DNA from: Malacoraja senta
Taxonomy: Eukaryota
Direction of reading: 5' to 3'
NCBI GenBank assembly: GCA_038087875.1
Contig: JAXLNO010000461.1
Location: forward strand, 1-64,000
Length of the DNA stretch: 64,000 bases
The notes below the pieces were generated by a model. The model had not been told where the DNA came from and did not search any database. It saw nothing but the letters and a program-made list of their open reading frames with translations. Below, piece after piece: positions 36,950 to 49,774 of the stretch. Every line of letters starts with the position of its first letter. The first letter of the stretch is position 1. The translations under genes were made by a program, and so were the position numbers.

Positions 36950-39860
36950 TTGAATTGGAAAGTTCACTTAATTAAATAATTTGGCATAAAAGGCTAATGT
37001 TATTAGGCAAGAGCTCCGGAGAGTAAATTGGGAGCAGTTATTTGGTATGTCCTCTAGTCAGCGTGTTCAATTAAGGAATAAGTAGTTAGAGGAAAGGATA
37101 TGGATGGCAAAGTAAGGGAACATTTGATGACCAGAGAGTTTGAAAATCTGGTCAAGGTGGAAAAAACGGAAGCATATGTGAGGTTTAGGAAGGTGAAATA
37201 GGTCAGGGCCTTTGATAAATATAAAGCAAGCAAGAAAGATCTCAAACAGAGAATTAGAAAGGAAAGATGAAACCATGAAATATCATTGGCAAAATGTAAT
37301 AAAATAAATTCAGGGCATTCATTACAATCAGGAGCACAACTGGGGAGACGGTACGTTCACCCAATGATAAAGGAGGGAATTTATGCTTGGAGTCAGAGGA
37401 TATAGGCAAGTTACAAAACCAGGACCTTGCATTTAAATTCACTAGGGAAAAGGACATGGAAGACAGTGAGATCAGTGTAGGGCTATAATTGCCCTAAAAC
37501 GCCAAGGCAATTTGATATCAAGAAAGAGGTGGTATTAGGTTCTTGAAAAACTTTAAAATCAATCCCCATGCCCAGGTTATTGAGATAGCAATGTTACAAA
37601 ATTTTGAGATTTTAAAAATAAAGTCTGCAATTTATCCCATCAGATAAAGCATAAAAAGAAGTTTAATTTGACACTTAATTCACTTTCATATCTTCAGTAT
37701 TAAAAAAGTTATGGCCATTATCATACTCAGAAATTAGCATCTAGTTCCCTATTGCTTTTCCATTGACTTAACACAAAAGCTGTGATCGAGGACAGTTAAA
37801 AGCCCATAACTTTCTTAAAAATTATGATAACTGAAAGAAATTTTCAGTTATTATAGATTGAAGCATTCTGAAACAAATATGAAACAATCTTACTTCGAAG
37901 ACATGAAAGTAAAGCATATAATTAGTTAGTTACCTAATTGTAGCTAATTACAAAATTCAATTACTAGATCTAAACATCTATCAATTTCTTAAGAATAGAT
38001 TAACATTTTTAAATAGCCTAAGTGTCCAAATAACATTCACACAATAATTCACAATATAACATAATTTTTAAATCTAATTTTCATGAATTTACAGGCCAAA
38101 TGGAAGGAATTGAATGTTTAATACCTGTAAATTAATGGGCATTTAAATCATCTTGTGAGTGAGGATTTCTGGAACGCGATCTTTTGGAACGTTCATTTGC
38201 GGTGAATTTAACCCCGTATTGGCATGAAAAATACTGCCGTTAGTTCGGGGAATAAAATCACCGTGTCGCATGAAAAAATGTGAATTAAAGGCTTCTTAAG
38301 AAGCACTTTTATACATTTAAAGAAACCACTTTCGTTTACCTGTCCCGTGTGTGAAATCCGTCCCCGTTATCGGCGTTGATGCTTCAGGAGCTGCTTTTAA
38401 AGTTACTCTAGCACTGACATTGACGATTTAATAAAAATAAAAAATTCACAAAATGCCGGTAGGAACGATTCATCAGCCAAGGCTTGTACTCCAACAAAAT
38501 ATCAACCAGGACAAGGGAGGAGAAACCCACGTTTTAACCCCGCCCCCCCTTAAAGGCGCCAAAATCGCGCACACGGCCAGTGGCAGAATTACAGCGCGAC
38601 TGAAGGTAAGTTTTGTAACATACCTAATTGAGAGAGGCAAGATTAGGAGGCAAGAGAAGAGACTGCAGGGGTATTGACCATCATCTTCATTTCCTCTTCA
38701 GCCACAGGTGTGGTTCAGGAGAACTGGGGAGTAGCCAACATTATTTCTTTGTTAAGAAGGGATGTAGAGATAATCCAGGAAATTATAGGCTGGAAATTAT
38801 CAGATCCTCACATCAGTGATAGGGAAGATATTAGAGAGGTTTCTGTGAGATAGGATTTACTCACATTTGGAAGGGAATTCGGAACAGTCAGCATGGCTTT
38901 GCCCACAGCAGGTCATGTCTTACTAACTTGGTTGAGTTTTTTGAGGAGGTGACAAAGGTGTTTGATGAGGCAGGGCAATAGATGTTGTCTACATGTGTTT
39001 TAGTAAGGCATTTGATAAGATCCCTCATGATAGACTGATCTAGAAGATTGAGAAGTATGGGATCATGGTGGTTTGAATTCAGAAATGACTTACCCACAGA
39101 AGACAGAGGGTGGTGGTGCAAGAGTATTATTCTGTCTGGAGATCCACGTGGATCTGTGCTGAGACCCCCATTGTTGTGATAAATATAAACAACTTAGACG
39201 TAATGTACATTTTGTAACTTTGCAGTAAACATCAAAATTAGTGGAGTTGCGGAAAGTGAGTAAGGCTATAAAGGATATATTGGAATATAGATCCGTTCCA
39301 GGTATGGGCAGAGAAGTGGCAGATGGAGTTAATCCAAGCAAGTATAAGATGTTGAACTTTGGAAACTTGACTGTATGGGGGTGGTATGCAATTAATGACA
39401 GGAGCCTTGACAGCATTAATGTACAGAGGGATCTTGGTGTCAAATTCCAAGGCTCCTTGAATTTGGCAACACAAAAAGATAGTGGTAAAGAGTGGTAAAG
39501 ATGGTTTATGTTATGCATTATGTCAGGGCATTGAGTATAATGAAGTCATGTTTCTCCAAGGTGGAAATATCAAAGACAAAAATGCATAGCTTTCAACTCA
39601 GATGAGGAAAGTTTAAGGATATTTGTGAGGCAAGCTATTTAGAGTGTGGTGCATGACTGGAATGCACTGCCAGGTGATAGGAGCAGATAGGATTGAGGTG
39701 TTTAAGAGGTTTTTCAATAGGGACATGGATATACAGGGAATGGATTGACATGGATAACATGCAGGCAGATTTGTTTAACTTGGCAACATGTTCAACACAA
39801 ACAATGTGGGTTGAAGGGGCTGTTCAAATACTGCAAGCTTCTATGTTCCATGTTCTACAT
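36950..39860 (+). mobile_element. Old, heavily decayed CR1 ORF2 split by a DNA element
   Basis: KKGCRDNPGNYR; cagcatggcttt...tcatgtcttactaacttggttgagttttttgagg; QRDLGV; CR1 3' end. Confidence 0.75.
37586..38626. mobile_element. Non-autonomous DNA transposon, superfamily unassigned
   Basis: TIRs TAGCAATGTTACAAAA / TTTTGTAACATACCTA (14 of 16 match) and 7-bp TSD ATTGAGA at 37579-37585 and 38627-38633. Removal restores CR1 cccaggttattgagagaggcaag. Confidence 0.8.
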
Positions 39861-42800
39861 TAATAACAGTGTCCATGAAACTCCTGGATAGTCAGAAACC
39901 TCTTAATGTACTTCTGTGAAGGAGGTCTATTGCTCATATCTGGTCTTGCCTTCATGTGACTCACAAGAGTGCAGTTGAGTGAAGGAAGGAACTGCAGATG
40001 CTGGTTTACACTGAAGAAAGACACAAAATGCTGGAGTAAGATGATGGTTGTGTCCAACACTGCCTACAAATGGCCCAGCAAGCTATTCAATTATATTGAG
40101 CCACTGCGTATGAAATCAGGAGAAACAAAATAGGATGAATCAACTTGCCTTAGTTTCTACATTGGAGCAGAACAAAGATTTACCCATTCCTGGTCAATCT
40201 CACAAAATCTCCTCATAATCATCTGAATATTTGTACTAAACCTGTGAGAGCAGTGCAATAGAGTCTGAGTTACTCCAGCATTTTGTGTCTATCTTAGAGT
40301 CATTGGCGTGACAGCTTCACATGGCAGTATCCTATTGGGAAGCCAGAACCACCAAAAGTGGCTGTGTTGCACTAATCAGCCAGAAGGGAGCAGTTCTATC
40401 TGTCATCAACATTGGCTCCATATCCCACAAAATCACAGTGTCTACGTGTACATGGACAAGGAATCCTTATACGGATTCCACCTAATACTCCTTCATATTG
40501 AACAACAGGTGGAAATCTATTGAGAATATCAATGGTGCATCCCCAGCTTCTTAAAGGCAACCAGGAATGAGCAATAAATGCTGACAAATTCCAAATCGAT
40601 CTAATACTTTGGCATTAAATGCAACACCGGTAATAATTTATCATAATGTGCTCTTAATTGCTCTCTGCCATGGACATGGTAAATATTTTGAAGAAGTATG
40701 TTGTCAAGCATGTTGTAATATATTTCCCAGTTGCCATCATACACCCTGGACGAAAGCTGCGATTGTCTCTTTCCAGCTTTCTCAAAATTAACATTCATGG
40801 ACAACAATTTATGATTTTATTGCTGAGTGAAAGCCTTAACTCACGAGTTACTCAAAGAATGGTCTTTTCTCCACTCTGTTCTCATTAACTAATAGTGGCA
40901 TTCACTGCAGATCATTCCATCCCCCCCCCGCCCTGGTGCTGGTGATACCACTCAATGTTCTCCAACAACCCACCAATCACACACTCTCAATCAACATCAA
41001 TTCTGGTCTTTTTGCAGTGCTTCTTCATGTCTTGTACCTTTTGTTCAATGGATCAATCAAAATCATATTCCTTTCAATTTTCTCCATGTGTCAGTATTCT
41101 TGATCTCATCTCCTCCTGTGAATTCAAATAGCTCTCCTGCATGCCCAACTACAGCTGCCCTCAAGTATACATTTTATCTTTTAAGCAAAGCCATTATTTT
41201 CTGCAAAATATGTAAAGGTTGTCCATCCGAGAAACTGTCAGCCTGCCATCTGGGAAAAAGCTTTTAGATCAATTCTATGGCACTTGTGAGCAGAATACAA
41301 GAAATAAATAAGCTACCTGCCCAACTGCTCTTCATTATTAGTATCCAACCTTTTCTAGATCTATCAGGAACAGTATCTTAGACAAGGATGGATTCAACTT
41401 GTCTCATAGCTACAATCATCCTTTCTACTGATCTGTTCTAATTAGAGGATTTCTGACAAGATCCCTGTGAAATAACACGGTGGCCTATCTCTGTTGAAGA
41501 ATTAAGATATCTGACACAATAATGCATGGACAGGCAGACCTTTACATGCATGAATAAAGTATTCAACCTGTCACTGACTGCAGACATTCACAGGGACTTA
41601 AGCAGGGGGGCAAGAATGCGATCCCACATACCTAGGCTGTGAATTTACCCCCTCTAGACATGACCACATGGAATGAAGCACTGCAGAAAGAGGCCACCCG
41701 CCCCTTCATATTCCTGCCAGATCTTTGAACGGACTTTCCAGCTTCTCCCCACGCCATCGCCACAGAATTGTAGAATGAGACGTCAGGCAAAGGAACGGAT
41801 GATAACCCAACCTCCACAAACATGAAGGATATCGCCCACACTGCATTTTGTAAGTTGGCCACTTGTAGATTTTTTTTGTTAATATCTCCTTCAGCTTTGT
41901 CGGTTGCAGTTTATGGATATATTTGTTTGGATAACCTGTTCACAAATGGATTGGAGGCTGGTAGCCTTTTCTGCCTTGGTGAACTAGAATTGCATTGGGC
42001 CCTCACATTTGGGTGGCGGTATATGGATGGCAAGAGACCAACTCTTACTGCACTCAAGAGGAGATCTCCAAAATGATAGAAAAACAACCAAGATTATGGC
42101 ATGCAATTACTTCCACTGCTCTCTCACTGCTTCCAACAAGCAGCTAGCAGAGTACCCAAGGAATATCAATTCCTCCTTTTATTGGCTATCAGCAATTATA
42201 ACTCCAGGACAAAATTCTTTGTCCTTATAGCTCAAGGAAAATATATTAATATTATGCAAATGAGTACCATGCAATTTTAAATGCAACTAATAAATGTTTA
42301 ATGACAGGTTGCTTGCACAGTCGGTCCATCCTGAATGTCAGTAAGTGACAATGGAGCCCACAGCTCTTTTGTTTCATGGTGCTTCTAAATGCAAAAAATC
42401 TATGTAGATGGCAGTCTTTAAAATACAAGTTGCTTTTAAGAGAGACAAGGACATGAAAGGCAATGAAAAAATATCTGCTGATTTGTTGTAGACCAAATGA
42501 AAATGTGTAACAGATTGATGATAAGACTTGGAGGGAAATATAGCTCGTGCCACTGATGTGCCCAAGGGGTGCCATGGTGTATGTGATATTCTACAAGCTC
42601 AAGCTGTACATGATGCTATTGTGCAACCTGCAAGATGCTTCTGCTACTCTTTCCCATCTCTAGTATCTGTCCCCACAGTTCGCTAACTAGGCTGAGAGAC
42701 ATGATGCCCTGTTGACTTCAGCAGGTCTTATCTTGGTATATCAGGAGGACACCTCTCATAACCATTAATCACAGCAGCTTAATAAGCTTCCATTGCCACC

Positions 42801-45800
42801 CTGCAAACAATTATGGTGTATCACCACTTCATGACCCACCCACGTGGTCTATTTCCCAGCTATATTTACTTTGCTTCATACCTGAAGGCTAGAAAATGTG
42901 CATAAGAGTACAACAGAAAACGAGGAAGGTAACATGAATTTTGTCTTGCAAGGGTAATTGAGCGTTACCGAGAAGGAGTCATGGCACATGGCATTGATCA
43001 GACCACTCCTGAAGGAATGTCCTTACTTAATATAGTTGCATTGAGGACAATTCAATAATGGGATACAGAATGATGGAGTTGTCTTATAAAGAAAGATTGA
43101 GCAGGTTCACGAGAATTTAGAAAAATGAGAGGTGATCTAATTTAGACATATAAGATCCTGAGGGCATTGACATAAGCTGAGGGGATGTTTACCCTCACGG
43201 GAAATTCTAAATCTATGTTCAGAGTTTCACAGAAAGGAATCACCTGATTAAGACTGAGCGTAGATGATTTTTACTTGCTCAGGAAAAAAAAAATCAAATT
43301 TATATTGTGATTTTATTAGAGCTGGTGGCTTAAACAGAACAAAAGTTGAAATTATTTTTTACTCTGCAATTACATATTTTGTTATGGGATGTGGAAGGAT
43401 TTGCGTGTGCAAGAATCCCTCTGACAGCTTCCCTGACAGATGTTGCATTTGCAATCATTATGCCTCATTTTAAAATCTAGCAAACATCATACCATATAAT
43501 CAGCGGTATTGAAAGTAGAATATCAGATGCCATTTCTTCTTTCTGCAATCTTGCTTCTCTTTTTCACTGAATATGAGATGGGGAAAAAGCATTTAGATTC
43601 CAACTTTTTCTGCATGTTCTTCCAATCTACAATTTTTTTCTTGATTAAGCTTTCCTTTAATCAGTGGTGTCAGATATTGCAGAAATGGAAGATGATAGAT
43701 GCAGAAGAAGTCAGTAAATTAAGTAGCAGTGTTTATTGGAATCAGTTCCCTCTGTTTTCCAATCTGTTTGTCTTCTATTATATCAATGGGAAGAAATATT
43801 AATCATGTGACCTCTGTGCTGACTAGTTAATTTATAAAAAGCATGTTTTTGTGAAAACCCAGCTTTTCCCTCCTCGTTAATGCTTAAAGTTACTGAAGTA
43901 TAAAAAAACATTTCCAGATTAATCCAAGCCCGAAAAAACCAACAGTGATAAGAGTCAGTCCCTGCCACTAAATCCTTAAGTACTCCTAACAGGGTTACTA
44001 TGCAGCTACTGTAATTGTGGCAATGTCAGATTTCACTGAAGGATAGGGCTAATTTTTGGGCATTCTACAGACTCCATGGCAGTAGAATATTGCTGACAAC
44101 AGCCAAGTTCATGGGAGAAGCAAAATCCGCATTGTGCTGTGAAATTATTGCCAAATAGCGTTGCCAGAACTGCATAAACTAATGCTAATTCAAGCACAGA
44201 CTGTGCTGAACGGGTCCACCGCACACACATATCGGTGCAACTGGGAGAAGTATTTAGTCATGAAGTGTTCAATGTCACTGGATATTTTTCCAATTTACTT
44301 GAAACTTGACAGCAGAAAATTCATTCAAAGCAAAGTGTTGGTCCTGTCAGAATGGTTTTGAAGCTACCTTCATTTAGAAACATATCAGAAGTATATATTT
44401 TTAAATAATGAGTGTTTGCAAACAGTGGAATATGTTTTAAAATGTAGCAGTGTTTTATTGGAAGGGTAATGCATTATTATATTCTATGCTGATGAGAAAG
44501 CTGAGCCTTAAATCAATTATGCGGACTTTCCTGTCAGTGGTAATGGGAACCCATATAACCCAGGGTGGTTGGAGAGAGTTATGGTTCACTTTAATATGCT
44601 CTTGTTTTCATGTATTGATTGCCCATTCTCAGAATATTCCCGCAAGAGAGGAATGCCATCATTAGTAATATGTACTTTGGAAGGATTATTGAGCCTGACA
44701 GTGTGAAGATAGGGAGTTAATGTGCATACTTGATGTTGAATCATCCAAGGATTTATGGCAAATATTAAGTCAATGCTTAAGGAGATGCCACTGATGCTCA
44801 ATTGAATTTGAATGTACATGGTACAACACTGGTCCCTTCCAAAACACCAACATAATTTCAGCCAAAGCAGAAGAAGGCACTACTGCATATTTTTGTGTGG
44901 ATTCGTCTTCAAGCAGGAAACTTTCAGGGTTTCAATAAATATGTGTTTGAAGATCTTCCGGTACATTTTTTTCCCGTGGGCATTGTCAAATTGTGTACCT
45001 TTTTCAGGTTAAATATATCACACACTTTGTGACAAATGTACAATAGCTACTACTTAACACACAGGGTGCAGTCCCTTGTATTTATCTGCACAACATCACA
45101 GGGTTTCCCACAAGTTGTTCACAACCCTCAATATTTGATTCTGATTTTCCTTTATTTTTCACACATTAAATGCATTATATGCAAAGAAAAAAAAAATATT
45201 TTTAAAATTAACAATCTCAATGAACACATCTGGCAAAAATGCGATTATATGTATCTGTTGAATTGTGACTTTGTGCCTTTAATATCTTGATAAAGATTTT
45301 AAATTGTGGGCTTCGCACCACAAAAAAGGGCCGGTTGCAATATTTCTGCCTAAAATGGGGTAGAATAGTATAGCTGAGCCCACAGGCTTCCAGTTTACAT
45401 GCCATACACATTTATCACAACCATTTGCTCGGGTGGCTGAAGTATGTTTTCTTCAACTTCATCCAGCTTTTATATTAAATGTATTCTTTGAATAGCTGGT
45501 GCACAAAGTTTGTGAGATAAACCAGGTACAGTTCATGGTGCTGGGGAGATGGGAAGTGAAACTGGACTTTGTTATAGATTGCACACTAAAGTCAAAATCA
45601 AAACAAACACTTTTTTTCTACTTTATCTGGTGCAATGCCACACGGCATTCATTTTTCAAACAAATTGCCATGATTTCAGCATTCAAGCAGCACTAACCAT
45701 CTTATTTATGAGCTCCATGCATCTGACTCATATTGGTAGAGCATCGCCGCCGGACCGGGCCCACTCTACACGGCCGCCGGACCGGGGATCCACGAACTTG

Positions 45801-45901
45801 GCCGCCGCACCGCACCCTATTCACCCCGTCGCCTCACCGGACTGGTCGAACCGCGCCGCCCCACCGACCATCCGCCTACCGGGACCTCCCACGCATCGCC
45901 C

Positions 45902-48547
45902 GTGGACCCCGACTCTACTGCCCACCTACCCCGACCATCGGGTCCGCCGACCCTCGCCACTGCAACGCTCTCCAGCCCCACCGACCCCGACTACACTGCC
46001 CACGGACCCCGACCGTCGGGTCCGCTGACCCTCGCCACTGCACCTCCCTCCAGCAGCCCGCAGCCGTCGCCTTACCTGCAAACTGGACTCTGCACTGGGC
46101 CTGAAGCCTCCACGCTGTTCACTCCCACCCTCCTGGGTTTGACTCCACTGGGTCCTAGCGCTAGTCTGCCTAGCCCTGGTTATCTCAGTGGCAGTTCCAC
46201 TGATTCTTCCCCATCCCTCTCCAACTATGGGACCACTTCTCTTCCACACCCACACCACTGCCCTCTCACCCCCCCACCCCCTGACCACCCACCACCCCCC
46301 CACCACACATCGCCTCGTCCCCATTACACCCACCTGCCTTCCTCCGGCCCCAACCCCCATCCCTGCCGGGTGTTCACCATCCCCCCCGACCTCCCCCTCT
46401 CCGACATCGAACGGTCTGTCCTCAGCAGAGGTCTTACCTTTGTCCCCCTCCGTCCCCATCTCAATGAGTTCCGTGCCCTCCATGACTTGGAACGCTTCTA
46501 CCGTCGCCTCCGCCTCACAGCTCACTTCCATGGGAAGCAGTCCTCGCTCCCCACTGATGACCCCTTTTCCCGTCTCCAACGCACCCCATCCTCATGGAAC
46601 CCCCCTCGCAGCCTTCCGGCTTTAGAACTCTTTATTAAAAACTGCCGCCGTGACATCAGCCGCCTCAACTTCTCCACTCCCCTGTCTCACTCCAATCTCT
46701 CCCCCCTTGAACGCACTGCCATCGACTCACTCCGCAACAACCTAGATTGGGTTATCAAACCCGCCGACAAGGGAGGTGCCGTGGTAGTCTGGCGCGTCGA
46801 CCTCTACAAAGCTGAGGCCACGCGCCAACTCTCGGACACCTCTTCCTACTTACCCCTGGACCATGACCCCACTGACGAGCACCAGGCCACCATCTCCAGC
46901 ACCATCACCAACTTCATCCACTCCCACGCCCTGCCCGAACGAGCCTCCAACCTCATCGTTCCCCAGCCCCGCACAGCCCGCTTTTACCTTCTCCCCAAAA
47001 TCCACAAACCTGACTGTCCCAGTAGACCCATTGTCTCTGCCTGTTCTTGCCCCACCGAACTCATCTCCACCTACCTCGACTCCATACTATCCCCCTTGGT
47101 TAAATCCCTCCCCACCTATGTTCAAGACACCTCAGACACTCTCCGTCATCTCCGCGCATTCCACTCTCTAGGCCCTCACCCCCTCATCTTCACCATGGAC
47201 GTCCAGTCACTGTACACCTCCATCCCCCACCAGGATGGTCTCAAAGCCCTCCGTTTTTTCCTCGACCGTAGAAGCAATCTATACCCGGCCACTGACACCC
47301 TCCTCCGCCTAGCGGAGCTGGTACTTACACTTAATAACTTTTCATTTGACTCCTCCCATTTCCTCCAAATACAAGGCGTAGCTATGGGCACACGCATGGG
47401 CCCCAGCTGCCTCTTTGTCGGGTACGTAGAACAATCCCTGTTCAATGCGTACCAGGGCCCCATCCCCGACCTCTACCTCCGCTACATTGATGATTGTTTT
47501 GGTGCCACATCCTGCACCCACACACAACTGACTGACTTCATCCGCTTCACCACCAACTTCCATCCGGCACTCAAATACACCTGGACCATTTCCGACACTT
47601 CCCTACCATTCCTTGACCTCACTATCTCCATCGCAGGTGATAGACTCCTTACCGACATCCACTACAAACCTACCGACTCCCATGGCTATCTGGACTACAC
47701 TTCTTCCCACCCTGCTTCCTGTAAGGACTACATCCCCCACTCCCAATTCCTCCGTCTACGCCGCATCTGCTCCCAGGATGAGGCGTTCCACACCAGGGCA
47801 TCTGAAATGTCCTCATTCTTCAGGGAACGGGGGTTCCCCTCCTCCACCATAGATGAGGCTCGCACCAGGGTCTCTGCCATACCCCGCAACACTGCTCTCT
47901 CTCCCCATCCCCCCACTCACAACAAAGGCAGAGTCCCCCTAGTCCTCACCTTTCACCCCACCAGCCGTCACATACAACAATTGATCCTCCGTCAGTTCCG
48001 CCACCTCCAACGTGACCCCACCATTCGCCACATCTTCCCATCTCCCCCTATGTCTGCCTTCCGCAAAGACCGCTCCCTCCGTAACTCCCTTGTCAATTCT
48101 TCCCTTCCCTCCCATACCACCCCCTCCCCTGGTACTTTCCCTTGCAACCGCAAGAGATGCAACACTTGTCCCTTCACTTCCCCCCTCCACTCCATTCCAG
48201 GACCCAAGCAGTCGTTCCAGGTGCGACAGAGGTTCACCTGCATCTCCTCCAACCTCATCTATTGCATTCGCTGCTCTAGATGCCAGCTGATCTACATCGG
48301 TGAGACCAAGCGGAGGCTTGGCGATCGTTTCGCCGAACACCTCCGGTCGGTCCGCAATAACCAACCTGAACTCCCGGTGGCTCAGCACTTCAACTCCCCC
48401 TCCCATTCCGTATCTGACCTCTCTGTCCTGGGTCTCCTCCATGGCCACAGCGAGCAACACCGTAAATTGGAGGAAATGCACCTCATATTCCGCTTGGGCA
48501 GTCTACATCCTGGTGGCCTGAACGTTGAATTCTCCCAATTCTGCTAG
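45902..48547 (+). CDS. Penelope-like reverse transcriptase / GIY-YIG endonuclease (frame open from 45740; GTG start probably not native)
   Basis: LSRGLTFVP, IKPADKGGAVV, FYLLPKIHK..RPIVS, MDVQSLYTSIP, GVAMGTRMGPS, YLRYIDDCF, FLDLTI; Cys cluster CNRKRCNTC; LIYCIRC..CQLIYIGETKR..RFAEH. Confidence 0.92.
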   Translation: MDPDSTAHLPRPSGPPTLATATLSSPTDPDYTAHGPRPSGPLTLATAPPSSSPQPSPYLQTGLCTGPEASTLFTPTLLGLTPLGPSASLPSPGYLSGSSTDSSPSLSNYGTTSLPHPHHCPLTPPPPDHPPPPHHTSPRPHYTHLPSSGPNPHPCRVFTIPPDLPLSDIERSVLSRGLTFVPLRPHLNEFRALHDLERFYRRLRLTAHFHGKQSSLPTDDPFSRLQRTPSSWNPPRSLPALELFIKNCRRDISRLNFSTPLSHSNLSPLERTAIDSLRNNLDWVIKPADKGGAVVVWRVDLYKAEATRQLSDTSSYLPLDHDPTDEHQATISSTITNFIHSHALPERASNLIVPQPRTARFYLLPKIHKPDCPSRPIVSACSCPTELISTYLDSILSPLVKSLPTYVQDTSDTLRHLRAFHSLGPHPLIFTMDVQSLYTSIPHQDGLKALRFFLDRRSNLYPATDTLLRLAELVLTLNNFSFDSSHFLQIQGVAMGTRMGPSCLFVGYVEQSLFNAYQGPIPDLYLRYIDDCFGATSCTHTQLTDFIRFTTNFHPALKYTWTISDTSLPFLDLTISIAGDRLLTDIHYKPTDSHGYLDYTSSHPASCKDYIPHSQFLRLRRICSQDEAFHTRASEMSSFFRERGFPSSTIDEARTRVSAIPRNTALSPHPPTHNKGRVPLVLTFHPTSRHIQQLILRQFRHLQRDPTIRHIFPSPPMSAFRKDRSLRNSLVNSSLPSHTTPSPGTFPCNRKRCNTCPFTSPLHSIPGPKQSFQVRQRFTCISSNLIYCIRCSRCQLIYIGETKRRLGDRFAEHLRSVRNNQPELPVAQHFNSPSHSVSDLSVLGLLHGHSEQHRKLEEMHLIFRLGSLHPGGLNVEFSQFC

Positions 48548-48665
48548 CCCTGGGTGTCCCCTCCCCTTCATCAGCCATCTGGTTGTCTCCGCCCCTCCCC
48601 CAGAGCCCTCGGGCTCCTCCTCCTCCTTTTCCTTTTTTCCTTTCTTCTCCCCACCCCCTATCAGT

Positions 48666-48694
48666 CTGAAGAAGGGTTTCGGCCCGAAACGTTA
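48666..48694 (+). ncRNA. Minimal hammerhead ribozyme in the Penelope pLTR
   Basis: CTGAAGA-A-GGGT(TTCG)GCCC-GAAA-CGTTA; stem II capped by UUCG; GUU/UUA triplet instead of GUC. Confidence 0.72.
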
Positions 48695-48844
48695 CCTATT
48701 TCCTTCGCTCCATAGATGCTGCTGCACCCGCTGAGTTTCTCCAGCATTTTTGTGTACCTTCGGTGTAACTCTTACTATGGGCATCAAACCCCGTACACAA
48801 ACAGTGAACTCATTGCTCAATGCTGCACTTTTTATTATGGGCAT

Positions 48845-49075
48845 CCTGCCTGAGCCGCTGAGTTACTCCAGCACTCTGTGAAACGTCACCGTCCATGTTC
48901 TCCACAGATGCTGCCTGACCCGCTGAGTTACTCCAGCACTCTGTGAAACGTCACCTATCCATGTTCTCCACAGATGCTACCTGACCCACTGAGTTATTCC
49001 AACATTCTGAGAAACGTAACCTATCCATGTTCTCCACAGATGCTGCCTGACCCGCTGAGTTACTCCAGCATTTTG
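48845..49075 (+). repeat. ~66-bp tandem repeat (~3.5 copies) of a pLTR segment
   Basis: ATGCT(G/A)CCTGACCC recurs at 48908, 48974 and 49040; units carry GAAACGTCACC. Confidence 0.88.
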
Positions 49076-49774
49076 TCTTTGAGCAAGAGCATGCAAATAT
49101 CTTTACAAATCTCTACAACAGTCTGTCCAGTCCAAAGCTCAATGAATGACCACTCCACACATCAGACAGATTCCTTTCAACTGAAAGTCCTTCACAAGAA
49201 CTCATAATAAACAAGCTTTGATTAGGGAAGTTAACATTAACCATTTCACACAAGTCGTTAACAACTAGTTCATGTTAACTTTCCTCAACCAAGTACAATG
49301 TAGACCCACTATAAATTCCTCGCTGTCTTCTTAATCATAACAATTAGTCATCAACTGAAAACCAGTCTTCATAAAGTGCCCCAATTAAAACACAATTGGA
49401 CAGCTATCCAGGAGACAAATTCATTCTTGCCACTGCCTTCAGTAATCAAAACTACACCCAGAAATCAGTCTGAAGGCTCCCACCCAAAATCCCACCTTTC
49501 CATGTTCTCCACAGATGCTGCCTGACCCGCTGAGTTACTCCAGCACTTTGTGTCGTTTTTTGTAAACCAGCACCTGCAGTTCCTTGATTTTCATCCCAAA
49601 TATTCCATGGTTTCAGGGCCTTTACTAAGTTTGGCATCTGGCAATGGGTGCATTACGGGGAAAGGTAAAGGGGTCACAGAGCAATAAAGAACCATTTTGC
49701 AGTAAAGAGCACAATATCTAATTTGTAGACAGCGCTCCCAATGTGCAGTGAATTCATATAACAGGTCGCTCCAA

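Larger units (their letters stand above)
45740..48760 (+). mobile_element. Penelope-like retroelement (Neptune-type), 5'-truncated, with 3' pseudo-LTR
   Basis: Sharp switch to C-rich composition at ~45740, a long RT-endonuclease ORF, and a pLTR with hammerhead at 48550-48760. Confidence 0.95.

Noticed and set aside
40300..42130. Ancient LINE-like remnants (for example gaatgagcaataaatgctg)
   Set aside because: Probably old CR1/L2-type fragments, but too decayed to bound or classify by eye.
45926..48521. Antisense and alternate-frame ORFs over the Penelope gene
   Set aside because: Shadows of a C-rich coding strand with no independent motifs.
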